Below, piece after piece: positions 1 to 8,920 of a DNA stretch of 48,257 bases (its first letter is position 1; each line of letters begins with the position of its first letter). Source of the DNA: Desulfurococcales archaeon (GTDB lineage: Archaea; Thermoproteota; Thermoprotei_A; Sulfolobales; Ignicoccaceae); contig JALWJF010000071.1 in NCBI GenBank assembly GCA_027081755.1, positions 1 through 48,257 of the forward strand. Reading direction: 5' to 3'. The notes under the pieces were generated by a model. The model saw only the letters and a list, made by a program, of their open reading frames with translations, had not been told where the DNA came from and searched no databases. The translations under genes and the position numbers were made by a program.

Positions 1-1260
1 TAGTGGGTTCGTATGATAGACTATCACTTCTTGATAGTCTGTCAATCCATCTCCATCTGTATCTTTCTTCCTGGGGTTCGTTCCAAATATCTTCACCTCT
101 TGATAATCAGTTAATCCATCCCCATCTGTATCAACCTTTAATGGGTTTGTGTGGTAGATTACTACCTCTTGATAGTCTGTTAACCCATCTCCGTCCGTAT
201 CCTTCTTCAATGGATTAGTATGATAAATTAAGACCTCTTGTCCATCAGTTAGTCCATCCCCATCAGTATCGTTCTTCAACGGGTTTGTATGGTATATCAT
301 AACTTCTTGATAATCAGTTAGTCCATCTTTGTCGGTATCATTGCTTAATGGATTAGTGTGAAATATCTTCACTTCCTGATAATCAGTCAATCCATCCCCA
401 TCTGTATCCTTTTTCAACGGATTCGTATGGTATATCATAACTTCTTGATAATCTGTAAGTCCATCACCGTCAGTATCAGCAACGGTCGGACTAGTATGAT
501 AGATCATAACTTCTTGATAGTCTGTTAACCCGTCTTTGTCAGTATCTTTGCTTAATGGGTTCGTATGATAAATTAAGACCTCTTGTCCATCAGTTAGTCC
601 ATCCCCGTCAGTGTCCGGGTTCAGTGGGTTCGTATGGTACTTCAGAACCTCTTGTCCATCTGTTAACCCATCTCCATCTGTGTCCTTCTTTAATGGGTTA
701 GTATGGTACTTAAAGATCTCTTGATAATCAGTTAGTCCATCTCCGTCCGTATCCTTCTTCAATGGGTTAGTGTGATAGACCATCACCTCTTGATAGTCAG
801 TTAGTCCGTCACCATCTGTATCTTTCTTCAATGGATTGGTGTGATATATCTTAACTTCCTGATAGTCCGTTAGTCCATCCCCATCCGTGTCGGGATTCAA
901 CGGGTTTGTATGATATATCTTTACTTCCTGATAATCAGTCAATCCATCTCCATCGGTGTCCTTCTTCAGTGGATTAGTATGGTACTTAAAGATCTCTTGA
1001 TAGTCCGTTAACCCATCCCCATCAGTATCCTTCTTTAACGGATTCGTATGGTATATCATAACTTCTTGATAATCTGTAAGTCCATCTCCATCTGTATCTT
1101 TCTTCAATGGGTTCGTATGGTATATCATAACTTCTTGATAGTCTGTTAACCCATCTCCGTCTGTATCCTTTTTCAACGGATTCGTATGATAGATCATCAC
1201 CTCTTGATAGTCTGTCAAACCATCCCCATCAGTATCTTTCTTTAGCGGGTTTGTATGATA
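1..1260 (-). repeat. Coding tandem repeat, 69-bp unit, 18 complete copies plus the start of a 19th (consensus YHTNPLKKDTDGDGLTDYQEVMI)
   Basis: The YHTNP motif at 1260 and at 18 are exactly 18 x 69 nt apart; a degenerate unit (DPDHDKLLSGVELTK) lies at about 1261-1305. Confidence 0.95.
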
Positions 1261-2061
1261 TTTTGTAAGTTCAACACCGCTAAGAAGTTTGTCATGATCC
1301 GGATCTGTATAGTAGGTATTAACGTTTAGATAACCAAAAGCGCCGTTAGGTGCTACTGCCATTAACACTGTCTTATAGCTAGTCGGTACGAAGTACACTG
1401 TGTAATTAGACTTATTGAACTCGGGTATGATCTTTGCAATGTTCGGCAAGAGTATTTGAGCTTCTAACGTTGGTATGAAAGTCTGTAAGTATCCTCCATA
1501 TACCTTTAGCGTTATCGTTCTATTTTTCAAATTGTTTATCTTCATTGAGGCTTTTAACAATCCCGAATGATAAGCAGCATCTAAGAAGTCACTAAGTGTG
1601 AACATGTTACTGATTGTTATGTAGCTGTCTTTGGACGATCCAAAACACTCTTCGTAAGGCAACGTGCTGTTAACAACTTGAACCGATATTGGTATGACTT
1701 TTTTAATTAGTACGTTAGCACCATTAGACACGATGAGCGTTATGCTTCCGCAAGGGAACTCATACCTAAGCGACTTCAGTGGTATCGGTAAATTCACTGT
1801 TACTGATGCATAAGGGCTTGCGACGTAGAATTCCTTTTCTATGTTGAATGTTTTTGACGTGTTAACTAAGTTACAAGCGTTGATAGTAGCCGTTAGCTTT
1901 ACATTGAATGCAGTGCCATTGATAATTACGATCGGTATGACTAAGTGGGGATGAGGGTAATTCCTAGATATCGTACACGTTATGGCGTTAGGAGCTATTA
2001 CATGTGGCATCTGTGCTAAGGCTAATACGCTTGCAAGAATAGCTAATGCTATAGCCTTCAC
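1..2061 (-). CDS. Secreted/surface protein with tandem Ca-binding DTDGDGLTD (bacterial TSP3-like) repeats; 3' end lies outside the window
   Basis: Manual translation from GTG at 2061: MKAIALAILASVLALAQ (signal-peptide-like), a beta-rich N-terminal region, then in-frame repeats to position 1. No stop in the stretches translated. Absent from the ORF track because it has no stop in the window. Confidence 0.9.
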   Translation of the reverse strand, partial: MKAIALAILASVLALAQMPHVIAPNAITCTISRNYPHPHLVIPIVIINGTAFNVKLTATINACNLVNTSKTFNIEKEFYVASPYASVTVNLPIPLKSLRYEFPCGSITLIVSNGANVLIKKVIPISVQVVNSTLPYEECFGSSKDSYITISNMFTLSDFLDAAYHSGLLKASMKINNLKNRTITLKVYGGYLQTFIPTLEAQILLPNIAKIIPEFNKSNYTVYFVPTSYKTVLMAVAPNGAFGYLNVNTYYTDPDHDKLLSGVELTKYHTNPLKKDTDGDGLTDYQEVMIYHTNPLKKDTDGDGLTDYQEVMIYHTNPLKKDTDGDGLTDYQEVMIYHTNPLKKDTDGDGLTDYQEIFKYHTNPLKKDTDGDGLTDYQEVKIYHTNPLNPDTDGDGLTDYQEVKIYHTNPLKKDTDGDGLTDYQEVMVYHTNPLKKDTDGDGLTDYQEIFKYHTNPLKKDTDGDGLTDGQEVLKYHTNPLNPDTDGDGLTDGQEVLIYHTNPLSKDTDKDGLTDYQEVMIYHTSPTVADTDGDGLTDYQEVMIYHTNPLKKDTDGDGLTDYQEVKIFHTNPLSNDTDKDGLTDYQEVMIYHTNPLKNDTDGDGLTDGQEVLIYHTNPLKKDTDGDGLTDYQEVVIYHTNPLKVDTDGDGLTDYQEVKIFGTNPRKKDTDGDGLTDYQEVIVYHTNPL

Positions 2062-2113
2062 TGTCTCAAACCCAAAAGGGTCAAGAGGTTTCCCTAAAAA
2101 GTCCTTTTCTAGC

Positions 2114-2755
2114 TCAGAGGGTCTTGATTAGTTGCCTTATATAATCAAGCTTGTAGTTTCTCATCTCTATTCCATCCTTAGTTATTATTGCTACATCAAC
2201 ACCTTCGCCAGATGCCGTGTCCCTCCTAGTCGCGGCATAAACTGCCTTGAGGGCTAAGTTAACTAGCTCATCTACGTCCATATCTTCCCTGTATTCAGCT
2301 TCTATAACACCTACAGCCATTGGTGATCCCGAACCGGTTACCAAGAACGTCTCCTCAGCCACGGTACCATACCAATCCAAGCTATATAATCTAGGTGCAG
2401 TGTCGTACCCACCCACTAAGAGCTGAACTATGTATGGATAAAATCTGGCAGAATGAAGTATATTGGATAAGTAGGTTGCTGCTGCTTTTACAGTGAGCTT
2501 CTTACCGTAAGTGTATTCATATTCCTTTAAGTGCATTCTCATCAACTCTACGAGGACTTGGGCATCAGCTACCAGGCCAGCTGTAGTTATTGCCAAATAA
2601 TCGCTTACTTTCAGCACCTTGTTTACTCTTTTATGAACGATGAAGTTTCCAGCAGTTGCCCTTTTATCAGCAGCTAAGATCACGGCCTTGTTAGAGCGAA
2701 TACCAACAGTAGTCGTACCTTTAAGAGCTTTCTCTAATGCTTGAGAAACTTTCAA
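2114..2755 (-). CDS. psmB: 20S proteasome beta subunit
   Basis: Short propeptide, then G|TTTVG Ntn nucleophile; ADKRAT; GSGS; RDTASG. Confidence 0.96.
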   Translation of the reverse strand: MKVSQALEKALKGTTTVGIRSNKAVILAADKRATAGNFIVHKRVNKVLKVSDYLAITTAGLVADAQVLVELMRMHLKEYEYTYGKKLTVKAAATYLSNILHSARFYPYIVQLLVGGYDTAPRLYSLDWYGTVAEETFLVTGSGSPMAVGVIEAEYREDMDVDELVNLALKAVYAATRRDTASGEGVDVAIITKDGIEMRNYKLDYIRQLIKTL

Positions 2756-2797
2756 GCCTCTGAACCCAAGGGAAGATGTCTTCTGAAGATGAAAAAA

Positions 2798-2989
2798 TTA
2801 CTTCAACCTCTGCCTGGTCCAAGACTTCTTATTCTGCCAATTATACCTCCTCATTTTCTTGGACCTTCCGTAGCCACACGCGACGCAGTAACCTTTTCTA
2901 ACATTAAAGGAATGCCTGCCACACCTTCTACATCTTATGTGCGTTTTACCCTTGTTGTGCTTTCCAAAAGAAGGTGTACCCTTGCTCAT
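2798..2989 (-). CDS. rpl37e: 50S ribosomal protein L37e
   Basis: KGTPSFGK start; CRRCG...CVACG zinc finger. Confidence 0.98.
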   Translation of the reverse strand: MSKGTPSFGKHNKGKTHIRCRRCGRHSFNVRKGYCVACGYGRSKKMRRYNWQNKKSWTRQRLK

Positions 2990-2993
2990 GACC

Positions 2994-3218
2994 TTACACC
3001 TCCACCGGCGATACTAGGACTACGCTATCGCCTCTTATTAAAACAGTTCCTAAGGGTCTGACTTCATCTCCCTTCACCTCTTCTGCGTCCTCTAAAACAA
3101 TGTTTAGGTGCATATCGAAGGTTTTTAGTCTCCCCCTTACCTTTCCATTGTCCTTTAGCTTAACTAGTACAATATTGCCAATTGATTCGGCCAAAAACTT
3201 GTGAGTGGTATCTGCCAC
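2994..3218 (-). CDS. Sm-like archaeal protein (SmAP/Lsm)
   Basis: Sm1 (VLVKLK...[14 protein letters not shown]) and Sm2 ([11 protein letters not shown]) motifs; classic linkage to rpl37e; start moved to GTG 3218. Confidence 0.93.
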   Translation of the reverse strand: MADTTHKFLAESIGNIVLVKLKDNGKVRGRLKTFDMHLNIVLEDAEEVKGDEVRPLGTVLIRGDSVVLVSPVEV

Positions 3219-3257
3219 GACATATCCCCGACGCTGTGGAGAAGGATTCATATTAAA

Positions 3258-5426
3258 TCACTTCTTCACGTTACCTAGGTACTTGAGAGCGCTCTTATAG
3301 TCCATTACCTTGACTTCCCAAGCAGGTTCGCTTGAGTAAAGGTCTCGCCTTACTAAACCTTGTCTGTAGAAGATCCCTCCAACTCTCCTATCATCGTCCC
3401 AGATATCTATGACAAGGCCAACATCTTTTCCTGGATACGGTCTAGTTACCCTACCTACTCTCTGTAAAGTCCTCGTTTGAGATCTACCTCCTGCAGCTAA
3501 GATCAATGTTCTCAAGGGAGGTAAATCCAAACCTTCGTCGGCTAGAGTCGTCGCTACTACGGCATCGATTTTTCCTTCCATAACCAACCTAAGCACGGCC
3601 TCTCTTCTACTGCTAGGTTCTTTGCCAGTTAAGACAGCGGATGAAAGACCCTTTTGTTTTAGTTTCATGTTTATATCTTCTGCATGTTTGATCTCCTTGA
3701 CTAATATTAGGACTGGTTTGGGAGCTCTCTTTACCAATTCAGCTATTTCCTCGTTTCTTGATTCGTCGTAAAATATCTTGTTCTTCAAAATTACGTATTT
3801 TTTAGCCCCCATAGCATTCTCATCAACGTCCTTTATGTTAGTTTTTCTTTTTACCATAATTATTTTGACTGGAACGAGATAACCCTTCGATATAAGTTCA
3901 CTCGAAGTTATTTTTCTCGGTACTACCTCACCGATCAGAGCATATATCATTATGTCCTTTCCGTCATCTCTCCAAGGCGTTGCTGATAGCCCCAATCTCA
4001 AACTCCAAGGACTATTTCTAATGACTTCAGAGACTGTTCGGGCAGGGACGTGTTGAACCTCATCAACTATTATCAGGCCTGCTTCTACGAATTCTTTATA
4101 TAGTCTCTCTGCTTTATCTATTCCCAAATCAACATAATCCATTTCTCTTTCTTCTATATCTTCTTTAAACTCTCTCGCCTTACCGAGTTTTAGCAAGCTT
4201 TTGTAAAGGGTTTGAACAGTACAAGCTATAACTGGTTTGTCTATCTGAAAATTCTCCGAGTCAACTAGACCTGCATCAATACCGTATTTCTTAAATCGGT
4301 TGACGGCTTGGATGTTTAGTGTTCTGTTCAAGCTTAAGAAGAATACTTTCTTAATCAGCCCACTCTCGAGTAAAGTCTTAGCGATAGCTACTGCCATTTC
4401 CGTTTTGCCCGCTCCAGTAGCAGCTTGGATTGTTGCTGCTCCTTGTATAGAAAGGAAGGTCAATGCTTGCTCAACTGCTTCTTTTTGATAATCTCTCAAG
4501 AACTCTGCTTTGGGCTTCTTAGGCAAATTTGCAAAAGTAGGAACGATCTCTTTTTCGAGGAGTCGAAGAGCCCTTATAGTTAACCCTCTATATACTCTCA
4601 AGTAGGTCTTTCCGCCTTCCTCTACCACGTCGTACGTCTTCCTTAGAATTCCTTCTCTAATCATCTCACCGCCAGTGTTTACCCAACGATATTCACAATA
4701 GCTCAAAGAATTATCCCTCCTGAGCCTTTCTAGTTCTGGTGAATTTACATCACAATCTTCATAAATGGATAATTTATCATAAAGATTTTCAATTTCGTCA
4801 TCAGTAACATTAATATAAGCATAGTTACCTTCAAAGATCACTTCATCGTCGTCGTGTATTCTGGCAGCTGCTAATAGGGCTAAGGTGTCTTCCGCATTTT
4901 CTCTAATCGCTTCTGATAAATCCTTTCGGAACCTAGCAAAGGGTTGACAACAAAATAAACCTCTGTAATATGGTACTATCTGAACTAGACGTGTGAACAA
5001 CGCTTTGTTCCTTTTAGTAGTAAACCAAAAAGGTTGCCAGAACTCCTCGCGAAGGACATTTATAATATCGAAACCTAAATAATAGGCTTCATCGACGTGT
5101 ATAGGATTTGGCTTAACAAGGTATTCATCGCCATTAATAATTAGTTTTAGTTTGGAATTCCATTTAGATAAGAACTCATAAACTTCTATTACAATAGCGT
5201 AGTCCCTAAGTCTGGGTTTAGCGAGCCAGACCTTTCTTTCTGGATCCCATTTGGCGACCTTCTTCACTACTTCTTTAAAGGCTTCAAAGGGAGCAGAGAA
5301 ACGAATGAAATGGACTTCGGCCTCTAACGGTTCTCTGAATAGTGCGTGAGGGTCCTCTTCAGCGATAGCTCTCAACATTTTACCATCCCAGAGCAAAACT
5401 GATGCTGTTAGTGTCTCTGGATTCAT
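3258..5426 (-). CDS. Superfamily II helicase (XPB/Rad25/SSL2-like, COG1061) with long N-terminal region
   Basis: ATGAGKT, DEVQH, LSATP, QRVGRVTR motifs; start trimmed to ATG 5426 (GGTGA upstream) because the longer ORF overlaps the tRNA. Confidence 0.88.
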   Translation of the reverse strand: MNPETLTASVLLWDGKMLRAIAEEDPHALFREPLEAEVHFIRFSAPFEAFKEVVKKVAKWDPERKVWLAKPRLRDYAIVIEVYEFLSKWNSKLKLIINGDEYLVKPNPIHVDEAYYLGFDIINVLREEFWQPFWFTTKRNKALFTRLVQIVPYYRGLFCCQPFARFRKDLSEAIRENAEDTLALLAAARIHDDDEVIFEGNYAYINVTDDEIENLYDKLSIYEDCDVNSPELERLRRDNSLSYCEYRWVNTGGEMIREGILRKTYDVVEEGGKTYLRVYRGLTIRALRLLEKEIVPTFANLPKKPKAEFLRDYQKEAVEQALTFLSIQGAATIQAATGAGKTEMAVAIAKTLLESGLIKKVFFLSLNRTLNIQAVNRFKKYGIDAGLVDSENFQIDKPVIACTVQTLYKSLLKLGKAREFKEDIEEREMDYVDLGIDKAERLYKEFVEAGLIIVDEVQHVPARTVSEVIRNSPWSLRLGLSATPWRDDGKDIMIYALIGEVVPRKITSSELISKGYLVPVKIIMVKRKTNIKDVDENAMGAKKYVILKNKIFYDESRNEEIAELVKRAPKPVLILVKEIKHAEDINMKLKQKGLSSAVLTGKEPSSRREAVLRLVMEGKIDAVVATTLADEGLDLPPLRTLILAAGGRSQTRTLQRVGRVTRPYPGKDVGLVIDIWDDDRRVGGIFYRQGLVRRDLYSSEPAWEVKVMDYKSALKYLGNVKK

Positions 5427-5477
5427 GTATACCCTTTTCACCCTAAAGCACAACCGAGGCTTATCAATAAGTCTTCG

Positions 5478-5490
5478 AAAAATATATAAA
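5478..5490 (+). promoter_or_regulatory. BRE/TATA box of tRNA-Met
   Basis: AAAAATATATAAA ending about 26 nt upstream of the tRNA 5' end. Confidence 0.7.
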
Positions 5491-5516
5491 GGGGATGGAG
5501 TGCCCGAGGATTGGGT

Positions 5517-5621
5517 GCCGCCGTAGCTCAGCCGGGCAGAGCGCCGGGCCCATAAGCCCGTTTCGAGAACCGAGACTGGGAGACCCGGTGGCCCGGGGTT
5601 CAAATCCCCGCGGCGGCACCA
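5517..5621 (+). tRNA. Elongator tRNA-Met(CAT) with 28-nt intron at canonical 37/38 position (5555-5582), CCA encoded
   Basis: Acceptor GCCGCCG/CGGCGGC-A-CCA, D-arm GCTC/GAGC, anticodon stem CCGGG/CCCGG, TTCAAAT T-loop; BHB central helix CCCA/TGGG with TAA and AGA bulges. Confidence 0.93.
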
Positions 5622-5643
5622 CAATCATCCTAGGGAACAGAAG

Positions 5644-6303
5644 ATGGTAGATGGAGTGGAGATATCCATCCTTGTTGACAACGAAGCATACCCACCCCTA
5701 AAGCCCGAGTGGGGACTCTCTATAATGGTTGAGTCTCCGAAGTGGAAGCTCCTTTGGGATACTGGTGCAACACCCTTCACATTAAGGTATAACGCAACAC
5801 AAATGAAAAAGAGCTTAAGTGTAGACATTCTAGCATTTAGTCATAGGCACTGGGATCATACAGGAGGTTATGAGGCAGTAGATGCAAAAGAAGTGTACTC
5901 ACCGCATGATCCATACTTTCCTATAGAAGCTATGTCACAACCCCATGCATACGAAATACACGATGGCATATATGCAACTAGGACGTTGGAAGCTTATGGT
6001 ATAAGGGAAATGGGACTTGTTATTGATATAGATGGATATGGTCAAGTGTTACTAGTTGGATGTAGCCATCCCGGTGTAGATAACATCTATGCGAGCGTTA
6101 TCAAAGACTTGGGGTTTAAACCGAGACTGGTAATAGGTGGTTTTCACCTATTCGGTAGCCCGAAGAGAGTGGTTGAGAAGGTCATATCAAAATTGAAATT
6201 GATGGGTGCAGAGGAATTACATCCTATCCACTGCTCTGGGGAGTACGCGAAAAGACTGGTTCAATCCAGAGCAGCCGCTGGTTACATTATAAGGCTACCA
6301 TGA
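5644..6303 (+). CDS. MBL-fold metallo-hydrolase (COG1237-like)
   Basis: SHRHWDH, DTG, GCSHPG, GGFHL and HCSG motifs. Confidence 0.88.
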   Translation: MVDGVEISILVDNEAYPPLKPEWGLSIMVESPKWKLLWDTGATPFTLRYNATQMKKSLSVDILAFSHRHWDHTGGYEAVDAKEVYSPHDPYFPIEAMSQPHAYEIHDGIYATRTLEAYGIREMGLVIDIDGYGQVLLVGCSHPGVDNIYASVIKDLGFKPRLVIGGFHLFGSPKRVVEKVISKLKLMGAEELHPIHCSGEYAKRLVQSRAAAGYIIRLP

Positions 6304-6426
6304 TTGCGTAGCGTAAATAAACCCCGATGGCGTATAATTTTAGGAAGCAATGAGTCTACAATTGCAAAGTCGATTTCAAAAAGGGTTATTACCTTCTGCC
6401 CTCTGGCGAACCTCGAGAGTGGTTGT

Positions 6427-7464
6427 ATGAGAAAGGCCGTCTTGACATTGATTGCACTCTCTCTCGCTTCGCTAGCACTAACTCTTCATGGAAGCGGCTC
6501 CACCTTCGTATATCCCTACATCGCCGTGGCTGCCTATTATTACCATGGTGCAAATGTCATATATCAGGGGGTAGGTAGCGGTGCCGGTATATCCAATCTA
6601 TTGAACGGACTAATGGACTTTGCTGGTAGTGACATACCCTTACCTAAACAGAGTTACTGTAAACTCCTCTACGAGAGACGACAAGTGGTTCATGTACCTA
6701 TAATAGCCGGAGCTGTAGTAGTAATTTACAATATTCCGGAGCTAAGGGGTCATGTACTAAGGCTAGACGGAAAAGTTCTAGCCGACATATACTTGGGTAA
6801 GATAAGATACTGGGACGACCCCAGAATAAAAGCCTTGCAAACTCCGGACGTCGCAAGGCTGTTACCACACAAACCTATAGTGGCCGTTCACAGATCTGAT
6901 GCATCTGGTACTACAGCTGTCTTCACCAAATATCTGAGCAAGAGTTCTAGGGAGTGGGCTAGAAAGATAGGCTCACACCTAATAATAAATTGGCCTGTTG
7001 ATAGGCTGGGTAATGGTGTAGGAGCCCCCAAGAATCAAGGAGTGGCAGAAACAGTAAAAATAACTAAATATAGTATAGGTTATGTTGAATATGCCTATGC
7101 AATAAAGGCCGGATTGCCAGTAGCAGCTCTGAAGAACGCGGACGGCTACTTTGTGATGCCCTCCCCCAAAACTATAGAAGCAGCTACAAAAGGCGCAATG
7201 AGCAAATGGGTTTGTGTGCTAGATGCTCCTTATGCCTTCGCTGATGCATTGGTACTAGCACCCGGAAAGGACTCATATCCGATAGTAGCTGTTCCGTACA
7301 TGATATTCTTCCGAGACTCGCCAAAGTTGAAGTATCTAGTTCAATTTGCAATATACCTACTGAATGACAGACTTCAAGAAGCAGCAACAAAACTCGGGTA
7401 TGCTCCGTTGTCCAAAGCCTTAAGGCAAGAAGTCATAAGGGAGTTGAGGGCTTTATTAAGATAA
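6427..7464 (+). CDS. pstS: Phosphate ABC transporter substrate-binding protein
   Basis: Signal peptide MRKAVLTL; GSGSTFVYP, GSGAG, DFAGSD, HRSDASGTT, IGYVE motifs; start moved to ATG 6427. Confidence 0.93.
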   Translation: MRKAVLTLIALSLASLALTLHGSGSTFVYPYIAVAAYYYHGANVIYQGVGSGAGISNLLNGLMDFAGSDIPLPKQSYCKLLYERRQVVHVPIIAGAVVVIYNIPELRGHVLRLDGKVLADIYLGKIRYWDDPRIKALQTPDVARLLPHKPIVAVHRSDASGTTAVFTKYLSKSSREWARKIGSHLIINWPVDRLGNGVGAPKNQGVAETVKITKYSIGYVEYAYAIKAGLPVAALKNADGYFVMPSPKTIEAATKGAMSKWVCVLDAPYAFADALVLAPGKDSYPIVAVPYMIFFRDSPKLKYLVQFAIYLLNDRLQEAATKLGYAPLSKALRQEVIRELRALLR

Positions 7465-7469
7465 AACTT

Positions 7470-7868
7470 TTATTTGTCTTCTGGACTCCTCATATTCTTA
7501 TATGGGTCTTCTAGTCTAACCCTCTCATTTAGCGGTTGTGTGGAGACCTCTATCAGTCGAACGTCCTCGACAGCGATGAGTTGGTGAACGGTGTATGGCT
7601 CTATAGTTATTGCTTCTCCTTCATTAACGATAAATTCTTCGTCACCACTTCTAACTTTGAGTTTGCCTTTATCCACATATATAGTCTCCTTCTTTTCCTT
7701 ATGGTAATGAACGCTGGTAGAATAACCCTTTTTTATCTCTATTATCTTTCCTCCATATTCTGGTTCGTCAGCAATCCATATCTCCTTACCCCATGGCTTT
7801 TCTACTACTTTTGCCTTCTTTACATGAGAAGGGGATAGGATTTTGAGAGTCTCCATACAGTCTCCCAT
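7470..7868 (-). CDS. Cupin protein, mannose-6-phosphate-isomerase-like
   Basis: VEKPWG, SVHYHxxKxE, PYTVH, RVRLEDPY motifs. Confidence 0.82.
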   Translation of the reverse strand: MGDCMETLKILSPSHVKKAKVVEKPWGKEIWIADEPEYGGKIIEIKKGYSTSVHYHKEKKETIYVDKGKLKVRSGDEEFIVNEGEAITIEPYTVHQLIAVEDVRLIEVSTQPLNERVRLEDPYKNMRSPEDK

Positions 7869-7894
7869 ATAGGCTCATTCTCGGTCGGTAAAGA

Positions 7895-8641
7895 CTATAG
7901 GCCCCAATAACTCCTTATCATGCTTATTATTATAGCTACTACAATTATCATCTTAAGCAAACCTTCTGAGGCCTTGAACCTGTAGAGGAGTTTTGAAGAG
8001 AGAGGTGTTGATAGTACAGCCCCAAGAGTCATGAACAAAGTTTCCAACCAAGGAAAGTGGTTCATCGAAGTCATGTATCCAATAAATGTAGCAAATGTTG
8101 GCAAGAGTTTTAGTAATGGCGTTGACGCTATAGCTTCACGTATACCTATTCCGAGGGATGACTGTACTACTACGAAGATCAAGGATAGTCCGCCACCTAT
8201 TATGCTTTTATCCAAGGCTGCTAATACTGCAAAAAGAGATATCATATATCTATTTCTAATTTTAAACCTTTTCTTTAATTCCATTAATATCAACGCGCTT
8301 AACAATACGAGAGAATAGAGAAGCTTTTCCACATTCCGCGGAACTTGGGTAAATAAGTGGGCAAAAATGAAGGCAAGCATCGATGTAAGGACAAGGAAAT
8401 AAATCAGAGGCCTTGGAATCTCAAGCGATACGATATTTCTGGCCCTATAGTGAAAGAGTAGTGCTGGTAAGGACGAGATCGCTTGTGAAGTAACTATTGC
8501 TGCCACAGCGCATTTGGGACTTATATTAAATATCGAGACTGCTATTATGGATGCACAGAGACCGTAGCCTATTGCTAGAGTATAATCACCCAGCCCCGCA
8601 ATAAAACCTATCAAGAACCACGTTAAGATGTGCGTATCCAT
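7895..8641 (-). CDS. TauE/SafE (TSUP) family sulfite/organosulfur transporter-like membrane protein
   Basis: About 250 aa, about 8 hydrophobic helices, two-fold repeat with GFIAGLGDYTLAIGYG and IIGGG motifs; divergent from sat. Confidence 0.72.
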   Translation of the reverse strand: MDTHILTWFLIGFIAGLGDYTLAIGYGLCASIIAVSIFNISPKCAVAAIVTSQAISSLPALLFHYRARNIVSLEIPRPLIYFLVLTSMLAFIFAHLFTQVPRNVEKLLYSLVLLSALILMELKKRFKIRNRYMISLFAVLAALDKSIIGGGLSLIFVVVQSSLGIGIREAIASTPLLKLLPTFATFIGYMTSMNHFPWLETLFMTLGAVLSTPLSSKLLYRFKASEGLLKMIIVVAIIISMIRSYWGL

Positions 8642-8700
8642 CCCTCTCAGAGCTTTATTTATCTAATTTTAACTCCTTCAGCGGACATGAGGGAAAAGAA

Positions 8701-8910
8701 TTGGAATACGTCGAAATAAGAATACCAAAATCATTATATGAAAGGCTAAGACAGGACGCGGAACAGTTAGGTCAAGACCCTATAACTCTTGCAACGAACT
8801 TACTTAGAGAGAAGTTAAGCGAAATAGAAGAAGAGTTGCTCAATTCTGATATATCCGAAGAAGAAAAAGAAGAGATAAAGGAGAGGTTAAGGAAGCTCGG
8901 ATATCTGTGA
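8701..8910 (+). CDS. Small CopG/RHH-like protein with C-terminal EEIKERLRKLGYL tail
   Basis: Alternating beta-strand VEIRI followed by two helices; acidic linker; stop overlaps the GAGGTGA RBS of sat. Confidence 0.8.
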   Translation: MEYVEIRIPKSLYERLRQDAEQLGQDPITLATNLLREKLSEIEEELLNSDISEEEKEEIKERLRKLGYL

Positions 8911-8920
8911 GGTGAACGTG

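Noticed and set aside
1-1260. CRISPR array, and the + strand ORF 3..218
   Set aside because: The period is 69 nt (23 codons) with synonymous variation throughout and no constant repeat / unique spacer structure; it is a minus-strand coding repeat and the + ORF is its shadow.
3258-5621. Integrated element at tRNA-Met (helicase next to a tRNA)
   Set aside because: No integrase and no duplicated tRNA fragment (att site) seen; the flanks are housekeeping genes.
5427-5624. N-terminal extension of the helicase ORF
   Set aside because: It is the antisense of tRNA-Met and its promoter.
7860-7900. CCGA-GA-ATGAGC box-like pair between the TauE and cupin genes
   Set aside because: No flanking C and D boxes at guide-length spacing.
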